A stretch of DNA of 64,000 bases, taken from assembly GCF_006345805.1 (NCBI RefSeq), contig NC_043008.1:69874001-69938000 (forward strand). Direction: 5' to 3'. Below the pieces are notes generated by a model. It was not told where the DNA came from and ran no database searches. It saw only the letters and a program-made list of their open reading frames with translations. Shown here one piece after another: positions 1 to 12,010 of the stretch (position 1 is the first letter of the stretch; each line of letters starts with the position of its first letter). Position numbers and translations under genes: made by a program. Source of the stretch: Octopus sinensis. Taxonomy: Eukaryota.

Positions 1-174
1 GCTGTCTTTTTTTTGTTCTCTTCTATATACTGTGTGTGTACAATTACCTTTAATTGCTTTCTTTACCTGACTTACATATATGCTTTCAGTCTTCCCTTTT
101 GACCTTTTCCAATGAGCTACATTTCATCTAAGCACTGTATACAATAATATCATCATTATTATTATGTGTAAATA

Positions 175-720
175 AATTTTAAATAGACACACACAAACAC
201 ATGTGTGTTTGTGTTTATATGTATGTATATGAGAGAGAAGCAGAGATAGATATACATACATTGCATACACACACACACTACATTGTATATTCACATTAAT
301 AATTAATAATGAAATATGATATGATATAAAATGAAATCAAAATAAAAGCAACAACAATGAATAATCATGTAAACAAAATGAAACAACACATTGTTTACAT
401 TCTTTGATGGAGTTTTTTTATGGGCAGGTTTTTGTTGCCAGAACTTTAAATCTAAAATAGATAAGGGTATATATAGATTAAACATTTATACATATGCATA
501 CATACATATATAAATACACACCATGCATACACTCACAAACCTACCTATACATACATGCATATTTGTACACACATGCATGCACACTTCTATCCATATGTAT
601 GTATGTATGTATGTATGTATGTGTGTGTGTGTGTATGTATGTATGCAGGCAGGCATATATCTATACACACACATATACACACACATATTATCATGTATAT
701 AACTGAACAAAAGCATAAAC
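175..720. repeat. Compound (TA)n/(CA)n/(TATG)n microsatellite region
   Basis: Runs such as gtatgtatgtatg, gtgtgtgt and cacacaca; ORFs here are HT/YI/CV low-complexity artefacts. Confidence 0.9.
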
Positions 721-1215
721 AGGCAGTCATCAGGTATCAAGTCAGTTTATAACATACCTAAACATGCGTAACATATTGAAGAGTAAAGCAAACAATATGT
801 GTAAAGGAATATATGTATATCTATCTGTCTGTCTGTCTGTCTATATATATAGTCAGGAAGAGTCCCAAATGTGAAAAGTTCCTAATATTTGCAATGTAAA
901 CGGATATACTCCAGATACTGGAAAAGAGTTCATATAGTTTAGTTGGTAGCAGGATTGTGTCACAGGTAAAAGCCTCGGAAATGCATCTTATTTTAACATT
1001 GCATGGTAGTTGGTTAATTATTGTGATTCTCATACAAGCAGTGTCATCAGTTTTGAAAACCTGTCCGGACAAGGGGAAATATTATTTTACTTGGAAATAG
1101 GTGAAGATTAGTGAGAGGAAGGCCATTAAGTCATAACAAATCTGCCTCAATTAATTCTGACTAACCCATGCGAGCATGGAAAAGTAGACATTAGAGCAAT
1201 GATGTTGAGGTATGA

Positions 1216-1258
<43 letters not shown>

Positions 1259-1449
1259 CATATCTTCTATAAATCTGCATTCATGTTTACTTAGACACAC
1301 GCACACACATACACATATATGTATATATGAATACATGCATGCAACTGCTTATATATCAAAATGCATTTACATATAAACTCTGTATGTCTGTATATATATA
1401 TGGTTATATTCATACACACACACACACACACACACATTTACATACACGT

Positions 1450-2328
1450 GGTCTGATCAATAAGTATCCAGACTATTGCCATAGTAACAACACTAAAGCA
1501 TGCAGAGTAAAGCCACTTGGCACAGATTGACCTTGGATTCTGTTATGCCTATGCACTAAGTTTTAACATTCTCACTCACTTATGCTGTTTATAGCAGTGC
1601 TTGAAAGCAAGGTATGTAGTGTGTGATCATCACATTGACCATGACAGAAAGAGTTGAGCAGAAAATCTGCATCAAATTTTTCAAAAGCTTGGTGATATCT
1701 GCTCAGAGGTCTATGCAGGGTTTTCAAAAAGTTTTGATTGTTCTCGACACAATCAAGAAGATCTTGTGCAACTGAAACTCAAGTGCCTTTTTGGTCAGCT
1801 GAAAGTAGTTTTGGCACAAACTTGGCCGACACGCATTTCATACCCAAATCTTCAGTGATAATGGACTGAACTGAATTGTAACTAATCTGCACATCCTTTG
1901 ATAACTTACAGATGGTGATTCGATGATTTCCCCTCACACCTGCACGCACGTCTGTGATGTTTTTCTCAGTTCTGTTGATTGCAGATGTCCCAGAATATTC
2001 GTCACTATTGACATTTTTTTGGCCATCTTCGAAATGTCCTAACCACTTGTACACGGCTCATACACTCCTCTCCATGCAATTCCTGCAACCTTGCACCAGC
2101 CTCAGAGCAGGTATCGCCATGACAACTTCCTCTGTCATGGTCAATGCAATGATCACATGCTACACACCTTCCTTCCAAGCACTGCTTTAAACAGCAAAAG
2201 TAAGCTAGAACGTTAAAACTTAGTGTGCATGCACAGCAGAGTTTAGCGTCATTCGCTGTCAAGCAGCTTCACTCTGTGTCTTTAGCTTTGTTACTATGGC
2301 AACAGTCCGGATACTTATTGATCAGACC
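1450..2328. mobile_element. Non-autonomous mariner derivative with ~270-bp inverted arms (two 5' ends)
   Basis: Terminal ggtctgatcaataagtatcc at 1450 and its reverse complement ending 2328. Minus-strand ORF 1779-2054 is the transposase HTH/linker (…LGMKCVSAKFVPKLL, a WVPHEL equivalent). The plus arm encodes the N-terminus MTERVEQKICIKFFQKLG. Confidence 0.9.
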
Positions 2329-2739
2329 TAATATACACACACACACAAACACACACACACATATATATATACATATATATATATATATATGTATACACAT
2401 ACACACACATATGATATATGTACACAGGCACACACATACAAAGATGCATGTATATATCTGCCATATGTACATTCAAAAATTAAATAAGCAGTGTTATTGG
2501 TCAGGATTCTTTTAGTGTCTCACAAAACAATTTAGATTCAAATCAGACTTTTAACCTCTTAAGATATAGATGTTTTCAATGGCTACTTTGATTCAAAAAC
2601 AGAAAAAACAGCAATTGAAAATGGCATTTTTGTTTTTCTTTTTCTCTCCAGCAATTTGTTTTGTGTTCTTAAAGATATTGGAATAGGAAAATTCTTGTGA
2701 ATCTTTAAAAAGTATATATTTATGATTAAACACTTCTGT

Positions 2740-3086
2740 ATATTTGTGTGTGTGTGGATGTGTCTGTGTGTGTGTGTGTGTGTGTGTGCATAAGTCTATG
2801 TATATGTGTGGATATAAGTATGTATGGATATGTATACATATGTAGGAATACATATTTGTATATATGTATATATGTACGTGTGCATATATATGCATCTATA
2901 TATATGTATGTGTGTGTGTTTATGTAGGTATGTATGCGTATATATATGTGTGGGTGTATATTTGTATTTGTAAATAATGTATATAAATGTATGTGCATGC
3001 ACATATATAGTGTATGTATATATGTGTGCATACATAGTGTGTGTGTGTGTATTAATCTATATATATATGAAGACATATAGTGAATG

Positions 3087-3137
<51 letters not shown>

Positions 3138-3186
3138 GCAGACATATAGTGTATGAATATATATATAAATAAATATATAAATATAC

Positions 3187-3217
<31 letters not shown>

Positions 3218-3309
3218 AATATGTGTGTGTGCAGACAGTGTATGTATGTATGTGTATATATATATATATATATATAAATATATGTGTGTGTGCAGACAGT
3301 GTATGTATG

Positions 3310-3349
<40 letters not shown>

Positions 3350-3394
3350 TATGTGTGTGTGCAGACAGTGTATGTATGTATGTATGTGTGTATG

Positions 3395-3428
<34 letters not shown>

Positions 3429-3700
3429 TGTATATGTGTATGTGCAGGCATAGTATATGTATGTATATATATATATAAATATATATATATGTATATTTAT
3501 ATATGTACATATAAATATATACTTATATGCATATGTACATGTATATTTATATATATATATATGTATATTTATATATATATATATGTATGTATATATAAAT
3601 ATATATGTATATACATATGTATATATATATGTATATATATATATGTATATATATATGTGTGTGTGTATGTATGTATATATATATATATGACTATGTATAT
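2740..3700. repeat. Long (TA)n-rich compound satellite with ~60-bp unit (…atatgtgtgtgtgcagacagtgtatgtatg…) three times at ~3215-3400
   Basis: Direct reading of repeated gcagacagtgtatgtatgt units separated by (TA)n. Confidence 0.9.
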
Positions 3701-5048
3701 GGTAAAAAAATATAAGTAGATAAATGATGTTTTCCAATTCATTCTTCAATAATGTTCATATTTATTTCTTAGAAGAAAACAACTTTGGTTAATGTTCCAT
3801 TCGTTTGTGGAATGGTTGATGTTTTGTTTATCGATTGTTTGGCAAGGTCCCTGGACAGCTTAAATTAGGAGGAAGTTTAGGAATTAAGTTGATGGCTGCA
3901 ACAATTATGACAACAACGACAACATGCAAAATCAACATCCGCACATATAAACAACAAAATCAAAAAGAAAATGAATAACATCCACTTTGAAAGCTAAAAC
4001 AGTAAAAACTTAGTTGAAGTCTTCCTAATAAATCTATTAAGAGAGTGATTTTTTTTTCTGTGTGAATTTCCAGAGATCTTTTTTTAAGTTGAAATCTAAG
4101 GAAAAAAAAACAATTGAAAGAAAATATCCCTAAAATATATAGTTATAGTAATATGGTTAAATAAACTAACATGAACTTAAAAAGAATTTTTACTCAACTT
4201 GTCACAACATGTAGCCTTTTGTTTATACTGGTACTTCTTTTAATGGTTGTACTTTCAAGTATAAAGGTTACAACATGCTAGATGATTCTAGTTCCAAACA
4301 GCTCAAACAGATATTGAAATTCCATGTATGGCACAACAGCAATGAAGTAAAGTACACTGGGTACCTTATTGTGAAGATAATTTGTCAGTGTTCATTGTTC
4401 TGAACACTTGGTGCTGAGATGAAACTTTTCTACAGTAGCCAATTTTTATGGTTCTGAACAGAAGTTTTATGCCTACTTGCTCTGGTTGGTTGTGTTTCAC
4501 ACTCTATTCCATACTACTACTCTATGTGAGGTACCACACTAATGTTGGTGGGTAGGGAATAGCAACATCATCATTGATTCAATGTCCACTTTTCTATGAT
4601 TGTATGGGTCAGACAGAGTATGTCGAAGCAGATTTTCTGTGGCCAGATGCCCTTCCTGTTGCCCACCCTCGCCTCTTTCCTACTTAAGTAATATTTCACC
4701 ATGACTGGAGAGATTTCCACAGAAGATCAGAAATTACACTGCTAGTATGACAGTGATTCTTGTTTACAACAACCACATACTGTCAAGGTAAGGAAGCACA
4801 CACACACTTTTTTTTAAAGTCTCTATCTATTAAATCCATTCACAATGCTTTGGTCAGCCTGAGGAAATAGTACAAGGCACTTGGGCAAGGTACTATGCAG
4901 CAAGGCTGTACCTGAAACCATGTGGTTGAGACTTGAACTTCTTAACCATGCAGCTACACCTGCACCAAGATTACTCACTGTGCCAACCTTTGGCCTGTTC
5001 TCAAAGTGTTGGTGAGTCAAAATGATTGGTAATATTTGTTCCGGCTAA

Positions 5049-5270
5049 GGTGGCGAGCTGGCAGAAACGTTAGCCTGCTAGGTGAAATGCTTAGCAGTAT
5101 TTTGTCTGATTTTTTACTTCTGAGTTCAAATTCCACCAAGGTCAGCTTTGCCTTTCATCCTTTTGGGGTCGATAAATTAAGTACCAGTTGCATACTGGGG
5201 TTGATTTAATCAACTTGGCCCCCTCCCCCAAAATTTTGGGTCTTGTACCTAGAGTAGAAAAGAATATTTG
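5049..5270 (+). mobile_element. tRNA-derived SINE (family with ggcgagctggcagaa…ttctgagttcaaattcc…ctttgcctttcatccttt…ggggtcgataaa core)
   Basis: A-box-like head, B-box-like gagttcaaattcc, and a core that recurs more than 10 times in the window. Confidence 0.85.
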
Positions 5271-5669
5271 TTCTGGCTCTTTATGATCTAATTTCACATG
5301 CAACAAAAGTAAAATTTGCCTTTTGTCCTTGCAGATCATCTTTATCTGCTTTCTAGTTCAACTTCTGGACATTAATATGCAGAGATCAAGGAGACTAGAT
5401 TTCGGGCCATTTATTTGGAAATGAAGGTTTCTTGAGTGAGATGTACCCAGAGTAGTACCACAGTCTTTTCCATGTCAAAGTTATTCTCAAATTGAGAGTA
5501 CCAGGTGTGTCAGAGAGAAAAAAAGTTTCACAGAGACAAATGCTAACATCTTGTGATAATGAATCTGAGACAGATAGGGATTTTTGACTAGATTTACCAA
5601 AAACATTGCATGGGATCAAAAGGTAATGACTGTCTTATGCTTCTCATTTGCTTAAAGGGAAACTATGAC

Positions 5670-6600
5670 AATGGTTTCAAATTTTGGTACAAGGTCTGCA
5701 AGCTAAGGTGATGGGATAAGTCAGTTTCATCAACCTTATAACTGGTACTTATTTTATTGACCCTGATGGGATAAAGGCAAAATTGACTTTAGTAGAATTT
5801 GAATTCAGAACATAAAGACGGATGAAATTCTGTTAAGTATTTTAACTAGCATGTTAACAATTCTGCCGCCTTGCCACCTTAAAGGGGAGTTATATTAATC
5901 TTTCTGCTATAGGCATCTGGGAGGAGGGGGCAAGAATAGTTGATTACATCAACTCCAGTACTTAACTGCTACTTATTTTATCAACCCCAAAAGGATGAAT
6001 GGCAAAGTTGACATTGGCAGAATTTGAACTCAAAACATGAAGACAGATGAAATAGCATGAAGCATTTCACCCGGAGAGCTAACGATTCTGCCAGCTTGCC
6101 ACCTCATGGGGGAGTTATAATAGGCAACACATTTTAGGGAATGGGGGTACTTGTAATTTATTGACTCCAAAAGGATGAATATAAAGAGCCAGGAGAAATG
6201 GTGCCTAAGCATTTTGTGTAACAAACTTGTGATTCAGCCTGTTCACAACATTAAGATAATTTATAATTATAAAAAAAATTGTTTCAAATTTTGATACAAG
6301 ACCAATAATTTTAGGGGTGGATCAAGTCAATTATTTCAATCCCCACTACTCAACTGGTACTTATTGATGCTGAAAGGTTGAAAGGCAAAGCTGGTGGAAT
6401 TTCAACTCAGAACATAAAGAGCTGAGCTGAAAGAAATACCACTAAGCATTTTGTCCTGTGTGGTAAGCATTCTGCTAATTTGCTGCCTTTTTATAGTTTC
6501 AAATTTTGGCAAGAGGTCAGCAGTTGGGTGATTAGATTGACCCCCTAGGACTCAACTGGTACTTATTTTATCATCCCTGAAAGATGAAGGTGACCTTGCC
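5670..6600 (-). mobile_element. Head-to-tail cluster of ~4 copies of the same SINE family
   Basis: Repeated aaggcaaa(a/g)ttga…gaatttgaactcagaac…ttctgcc at ~5670-5880, 5905-6110, 6285-6490 and a partial copy at 6500-6600. Confidence 0.8.
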
Positions 6601-7394
6601 AGAATTTGAAACAATTATTAGGGTGTCTTTTTACATTCTGTGTTCAAATCCCATACAGGTCAACTTTTTTCATTCTTCTAGTGCTGACAAACTAAAGTAC
6701 CAGATAAGTACTGAGGTTGATGGAATCAACTCATTGCCTCCCTTAAAATTTGGTGGCCTTGTCCCTTAATGACGTGTTGCTCTTTAAACAACCTTAAGAA
6801 AACCAGACAATTGGAATCTTTAATGCAAACAATGTTATGAAAATCTATTAATTTATGCATCAAAATCAGAAATTAGAAAAATTTATAAAACATGGAATTT
6901 CCATGAGTCTGGAATCCTTGTAGATTAGTAGTAGTAGTTGTAGTTGATGATGATGATGATGGCGAATAATGTGGTTACTATAGTAACAGATTCATTAAAT
7001 CGGTTTAACAAAAAATTTTATAGAATTAATGTGGAAGCACCAGGACATCAACAGTGAGAGAGAAAAAGAGATAGGCTGAGGGAGAGAGAGAAAGAGAGAT
7101 GTGGTAGAAGGTAGAATCAATGAAGGTACTTCAAGTAGCAATAGCAGTACTGGTGATTGGTGGAAGTGGTGGTTGTGTTGATGCATGTGTTGATCTTAGT
7201 AATAGTGGTGGTGGTTGTAGCAGTTGAGATAAGAATAGTGAGTACATAGTTCTTAACTGGTGAGGAGATACACGATAATTGTATTGGATGCAGTGATGAT
7301 GAGGATGATCATCATCACCATCTGATATCCGTGTTCCATGCTGGCATGGGTTGATGACACATGATGTTCATAGTATTAGGGGTGTATAGTGATG

Positions 7395-8720
7395 ACAGAG
7401 GTGTTGCTTAGCCTTAGGTCAGCCTTAATCCAGCAGAAATATGATCAAGGTCATTCCAGTCATGACCAACTTGTCCTTTATTTCAAACAGTTTTTCTGAG
7501 ACTATATAATGTAAGGGCAACTTTCTTCTCTTAGGACAGTAAGATTGAAGGGCAATCTGGCTGGTATTTCTACAACGTTGAGCAAATCCATATTTAGACT
7601 CTTGTGTCAATGCCACGTAAAGACACCCAGCACACTCTGTAAAGTGGTTGACATTAGGAAGGGCATCCAGCTGTAGGAAACCATGCCAAATCAGACTGGA
7701 ACTCGGTGCAGCCCTTTCTGCATTAAGATCATTTACTTTGTTAGGAAGTGGCAGTGATAATGTCAACGATGATGTTAGGGTTGGTAGAGATAGTGATGAT
7801 TAATTCATTAGACTTCTTTGAAGTATGCTTGATTTGAAGAATTGGGTTAGAATGTACATGATACAGATCAGAGTAATATGCAATTTCCATAGGATTTTGG
7901 GTAATTTTGACATTAAGGAATAAATGCAAAACTGTATTTCATCTAGAGAACCGGGCAATCTGGCTGGTATTTCTATAACATTGAGCAAACCCATATTCAG
8001 ACTCTTCTGTTAATGCCACATTAAAAACACACAGCACACACTATAAAGCGGTTGGTATTAGGAAGGGCATCCAGCTGTAGGAGACCATGTCAAATCAGAC
8101 TGGAACCTGGTGCAGCTCTTCTGCTTGCCAGCTCTGGTCCAACCCATGGCAGCATGAAAAATGGATGTTAAAAGATGATGATGATGATGATTGAGCAAAC
8201 CTATATTTAGCGTCTTGTGTCTGAAAAAATTGTTTGTAGTGATGTTTGTTGTACAGTCTCAGGTCAGTTCTGATCCAACAGACCTATGATCAAAGATGTT
8301 CCATTTGTGACCATCCTATTTTATATACAGGCATAGTGTATCTAAGACTACATTATTCAATGTGGTTAGTATTAATGGCTATAGTTGTTGTAAGTGTTGT
8401 TAGCCTTGGCTGTTCTGATCAAACAACCTATGATCAAAGGTGTTCAATCAGTGACCATCCTATCTAATTTTCAGACATAGTGTATGTAGAACTACATTAC
8501 CTAATGTATAGTATAATAGTTAGTAACTATAGCTGTTGCTGTTCAGACTTAAATCAACCCTGAGAGAACAACCTACAATTAAAGACGTTCCACCTGTGAC
8601 CATTCCATTTTTTTACAAATCACTTTGAATTAAGACCAACAAGTCATTTTCTTAATCTGCAATATATGATATGAAGGAGATCTGGCTATTATTTCTAACT
8701 GGTTGTGGTAGTTGCAGGGG
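7395..8720 (+). repeat. Unclassified interspersed repeat (…gacctatgatcaaag…gtgaccatcc…) in a ~140-bp tandem triplet, plus duplicated RTE-tail SINE fragments
   Basis: cctatgatcaaag…gtgaccatcct units at ~8280, ~8425 and ~8570; related copies at ~7440 and, on the minus strand, ~12430-12600 and ~13020-13130. Confidence 0.7.
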
Positions 8721-8898
8721 GATTCAGCAACTACAATGATATTTATATTGATGATGATGATGATTGTGGTAGTGATAAAAAATGTGGTGGTGGTAGGAGG
8801 TGGAAATCCTTACTAAGAGGTTTTCATTGATTATATTCTTTGGAATGGTCTAAAAGACATTGGAGAATGATATAGTGTTTTATTATCTCTTGTTTCAG

Positions 8899-8928
8899 AG
8901 TTCCATAAAATATGGTACGTGATAAATG
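8899..8928 (+). CDS. Candidate 30-nt symmetric micro-exon (EFHKIWYVIN), unverified
   Basis: Acceptor tattatctcttgtttcag|AG, donor AATG|gtgaga, open phase 1-1 frame; no homology recognised. Confidence 0.15.
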
Positions 8929-8989
8929 GTGAGAGTTCATAGAAGAATGATATATGTTGATGTTATATATCTCTGAATGTGTGTCTGTG

Positions 8990-9023
8990 TTTATGTCTGA
9001 TTTAATGAATGTTTGTGTGCAAA

Positions 9024-9079
<56 letters not shown>

Positions 9080-9085
9080 CACACA

Positions 9086-9124
<39 letters not shown>

Positions 9125-9344
9125 TGTGCATAAACATGGCTGCATGGCTCAGAAGTTTGCTTAGCATTCATGAGAATTTCAGCTCAGTCCCACTGTCAGG
9201 AACTAAGGGCAAGTAATTTCTATTGGCCCATGTCTTGTGAACACACACTCACACACATATACACACACACGTGTGTATATATATATATATATATATATAC
9301 ATACATACATATCTATCTATCTATTTATATGTATCTAGGTATAA

Positions 9345-9399
<55 letters not shown>

Positions 9400-9480
9400 A
9401 TATATCTATATATATATATATATATGTATATGTGTGTATATATATATATGTATATGTGTGTGTGTATATATATATGGAGA
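8990..9480. repeat. (TA)n/(CA)n microsatellites with a partial CORE-SINE head at ~9125-9240
   Basis: Long dinucleotide runs; atggctgcatggctcagaagtttgctt…ctcagtcccactg. Confidence 0.85.
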
Positions 9481-9481
9481 G

Positions 9482-9871
9482 GTAATATTTTCCCCTACTT
9501 AAATGTGGATATTCTGTTACAACAAACTTTACTGCAATAGAAAGCATGAGAGAAACTTTCATATCACCCTTTTGGTGCAAAATGCATTCTTATTTATATT
9601 ACTTGTGGGGAGATTAATTCCCGCTACTTCCAGCGCAATGCCTGCCAGATAACAGGATTTGGACACCAGATTTGGATACCCGACCGCTAGAGGTAGCAGT
9701 GACTCATCTCCCAGCTAGTGATATGTAGCCTCGAAGTGACAAAACAGGTACTGGTGTTGCAGTTAGCTAATTAGCTTGTTAAAAAATGTATATTAGTGAC
9801 AAAATTAATACCGGGAAGTAATATTTGTCACTACTTAAACATCGATGTTCTATTTGAACAAACTTTACTGC

Positions 9872-9872
<1 letters not shown>
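9482..9872 (+). mobile_element. Short element with ~55-bp terminal direct repeats, flanked by (TA)n (possibly Penelope-derived non-autonomous)
   Basis: gtaatattttcccctacttaaatgtggatattctgttacaacaaactttactgca versus gtaatatttgtcactacttaaacatcgatgttctatttgaacaaactttactgca; a second partial copy at ~28180-28440 (-). Confidence 0.6.
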
Positions 9873-9923
<51 letters not shown>

Positions 9924-10074
9924 CATTTGACTTGGTGGAAAGAACATGATGAAGCTTTCATCCAGCAGTGGACTGAATATGTGCAAGGGTGATGTCTGAC
10001 TGACTGTCTGTATGTATGTAATATGTATGTACGTACCTACATACGTGCACTGTGCAGCATCTCAGGCATTTAAT

Positions 10075-10545
10075 GATAATCCTTTCTACTACAGACACAA
10101 GATCTGAAATTGTTGAGGGAGGGAACTAGCTGATTACATTGACCCCAGTATTTTACTGCTACTTAATTTATTGACCCCCGAAAGGATGAAAAGCGAAGTC
10201 GAACCTCAGTGGAATTTGAACTCAGAACGTAAAGACAGACAAAATACCACTAAGCATGTCATCTAGCACATTAACGATTCTGGAAGCTTGCCACCTTCAG
10301 GCATCTAATGATAATAATAATAATAATAATCTTTTCCACTCTTGGAACAAGGCCCAAAATTTATGGGGAGTGGGGCCAGTTGATTAGATCAACTCCAGTA
10401 CACAATTGGTGCTTAATTTATAGACCCCCGAAAGGATGAAAGGCAAAGTCAACCTCAGCAGAATTTAAACTGAGAGCGTAGTGATGGGTGAAATACTGCT
10501 AAGCATTTTGTCCAGTGTGCTAACGATTCTGCCAGCTTGCTGCCT
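10075..10545 (-). mobile_element. Two tandem copies of the tRNA-derived SINE
   Basis: gacccccgaaaggatgaa…ggaatttgaactcagaacg…acgattctg repeated twice, separated by (taa)n. Confidence 0.85.
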
Positions 10546-11291
10546 TCAGGCATTTAATAATAATACTAATAATGTACATGGACACGCACTTATGTAAGTA
10601 GGATAAAAAGATCCCTTAGTATTACTAAGTACTTGACAATCTCCCTAGCACTGGTGCTTTGTAAAGTATACCTAGTACTTATTGTAAAGTGGGTGGCATG
10701 TGATTGGAAAAAGCATAGGGTTGTAAAGTCTCTTTATTCTTGTTTTACTTAGGACTTATCAACACTGCTGTTGCTGGTGTCACTAGAAAATGCACCCACT
10801 ATATTCTGTAAAAGTGGTTTACAAGAAAGACATCCAACTGTAGAAAGCAAGCTAAACTGACAGCTATAAGCACTGGTCTATGAGGGAAGTGGCTCTCTGT
10901 TACAAATCATTTGGATTGTTGTGACTTGTCGAGCCCTATCCCAACATGGAAAACAGACATTATATAAATGTATATATGCATATGGAACCTGAGCAGCTCT
11001 TCAGCTGGCTAGCTTCTGTCAAACCATCCAACACATGCCAACATAGAAAAATGGTCATTAGATGATTATATATATGTAAAAAAAATATATATATAGTGCA
11101 TTGAAATATGAAATAAGAGTTGTGGGTTCAATTCCTGCATGTACTAATACCCGTTTTTTTTTATGCCGAGGGCTTATATGCCCAAATATTAGACTATTTT
11201 GTATAGCCAGTACACAGTGAGTGCTCATGAACTTAAAGCTTATGATTATTGTTTATAGAATTTTCACTCATCACTCTTTATTCAGCACAGA

Positions 11292-11324
<33 letters not shown>

Positions 11325-11329
11325 AAGGC

Positions 11330-11720
11330 TGAGTTCCTTTTGAGTGGGCCTCATGGAGGTGAGTTGGCTGAGTGCCTTTCGAGCATTGAACCTCATGGAG
11401 ACAAAGTGGCCAAGCTCCTTTCAAGTGTTAGGCCTCATGGAAGCAATGACCAAGACCTTCGGCATTGTCATGCTTGAGAAGACCCATCAAGCTGAGCAAA
11501 ATCACAGTTTGGGCAGATACCAGTGTCATACAAATGGCACCCATGCTGGTGACATGTAAATGCACCCATTACACTCTCGGAGTGGTTGGCGTTAGAAAAG
11601 GTATCCAGCTGTAGAAAACCATGCCAAATGAGACTGGATCCTGGTGCAGCCTTCCTGCATGCCAGCCCAGTCAGACCATCCAACCCATGCCAGCATGGAC
11701 AACAGATGTTAAATGATGAT
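11330..11720 (+). mobile_element. RTE-LINE 3' UTR / OK-type SINE-like fragment
   Basis: gcacccattacactctcggagtggttggcgttag…catccagctgtagaaaac…ccatgccagcatgga…gttaaatgatgatgat, the same tail as the RTE at 55285-56150. Confidence 0.8.
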
Positions 11721-11724
11721 GATA

Positions 11725-12010
11725 AAGGTGTATGGCCCAATAGTTAGATTGTTGCACTCACATTTGCAAGGTTGCTGTTTCAATTCCCCAATAGGTGGTG
11801 TGTTATGTTTCTGAGTAAAACACTTCATTTCACATTGCTCCAGTCTACTCATCTGTAAATGTGCAACCCTGCTAAGAGCTGGCATTTCATTCAAGGGGAA
11901 ATGTTGGCGTGATTGCCTAGCATGTGGAATGGCTTCATTCAAAAGCTATATGATGAAGTGTACTTTGACCAGTGGTGTATAACAACATCCAATTGTCTGG
12001 TTGATTACAG
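11725..12010 (+). mobile_element. tRNA-derived CORE-type SINE (OR1-like), degenerate
   Basis: tggcccaatagttaga…caattccc…gtgttatgtttctgagtaaaacacttcatttcacattgctccagtctactca; related copies at ~21520, ~37455, ~40890 and ~63535. Confidence 0.7.

Noticed and set aside
2726-3749. Long ORFs of 150-240 aa
   Set aside because: Translations of (TA)n/(CA)n repeats (YI/HT/CV polymers).
4215-4530. Open plus-strand stretches (PFVYTGTSFNG…KQLKQILKFHV; ANFYGSEQKF…) with possible splice sites
   Set aside because: Only a vague FAS1-like LK.IL.FHV resemblance; no other family motif and mediocre splice signals.
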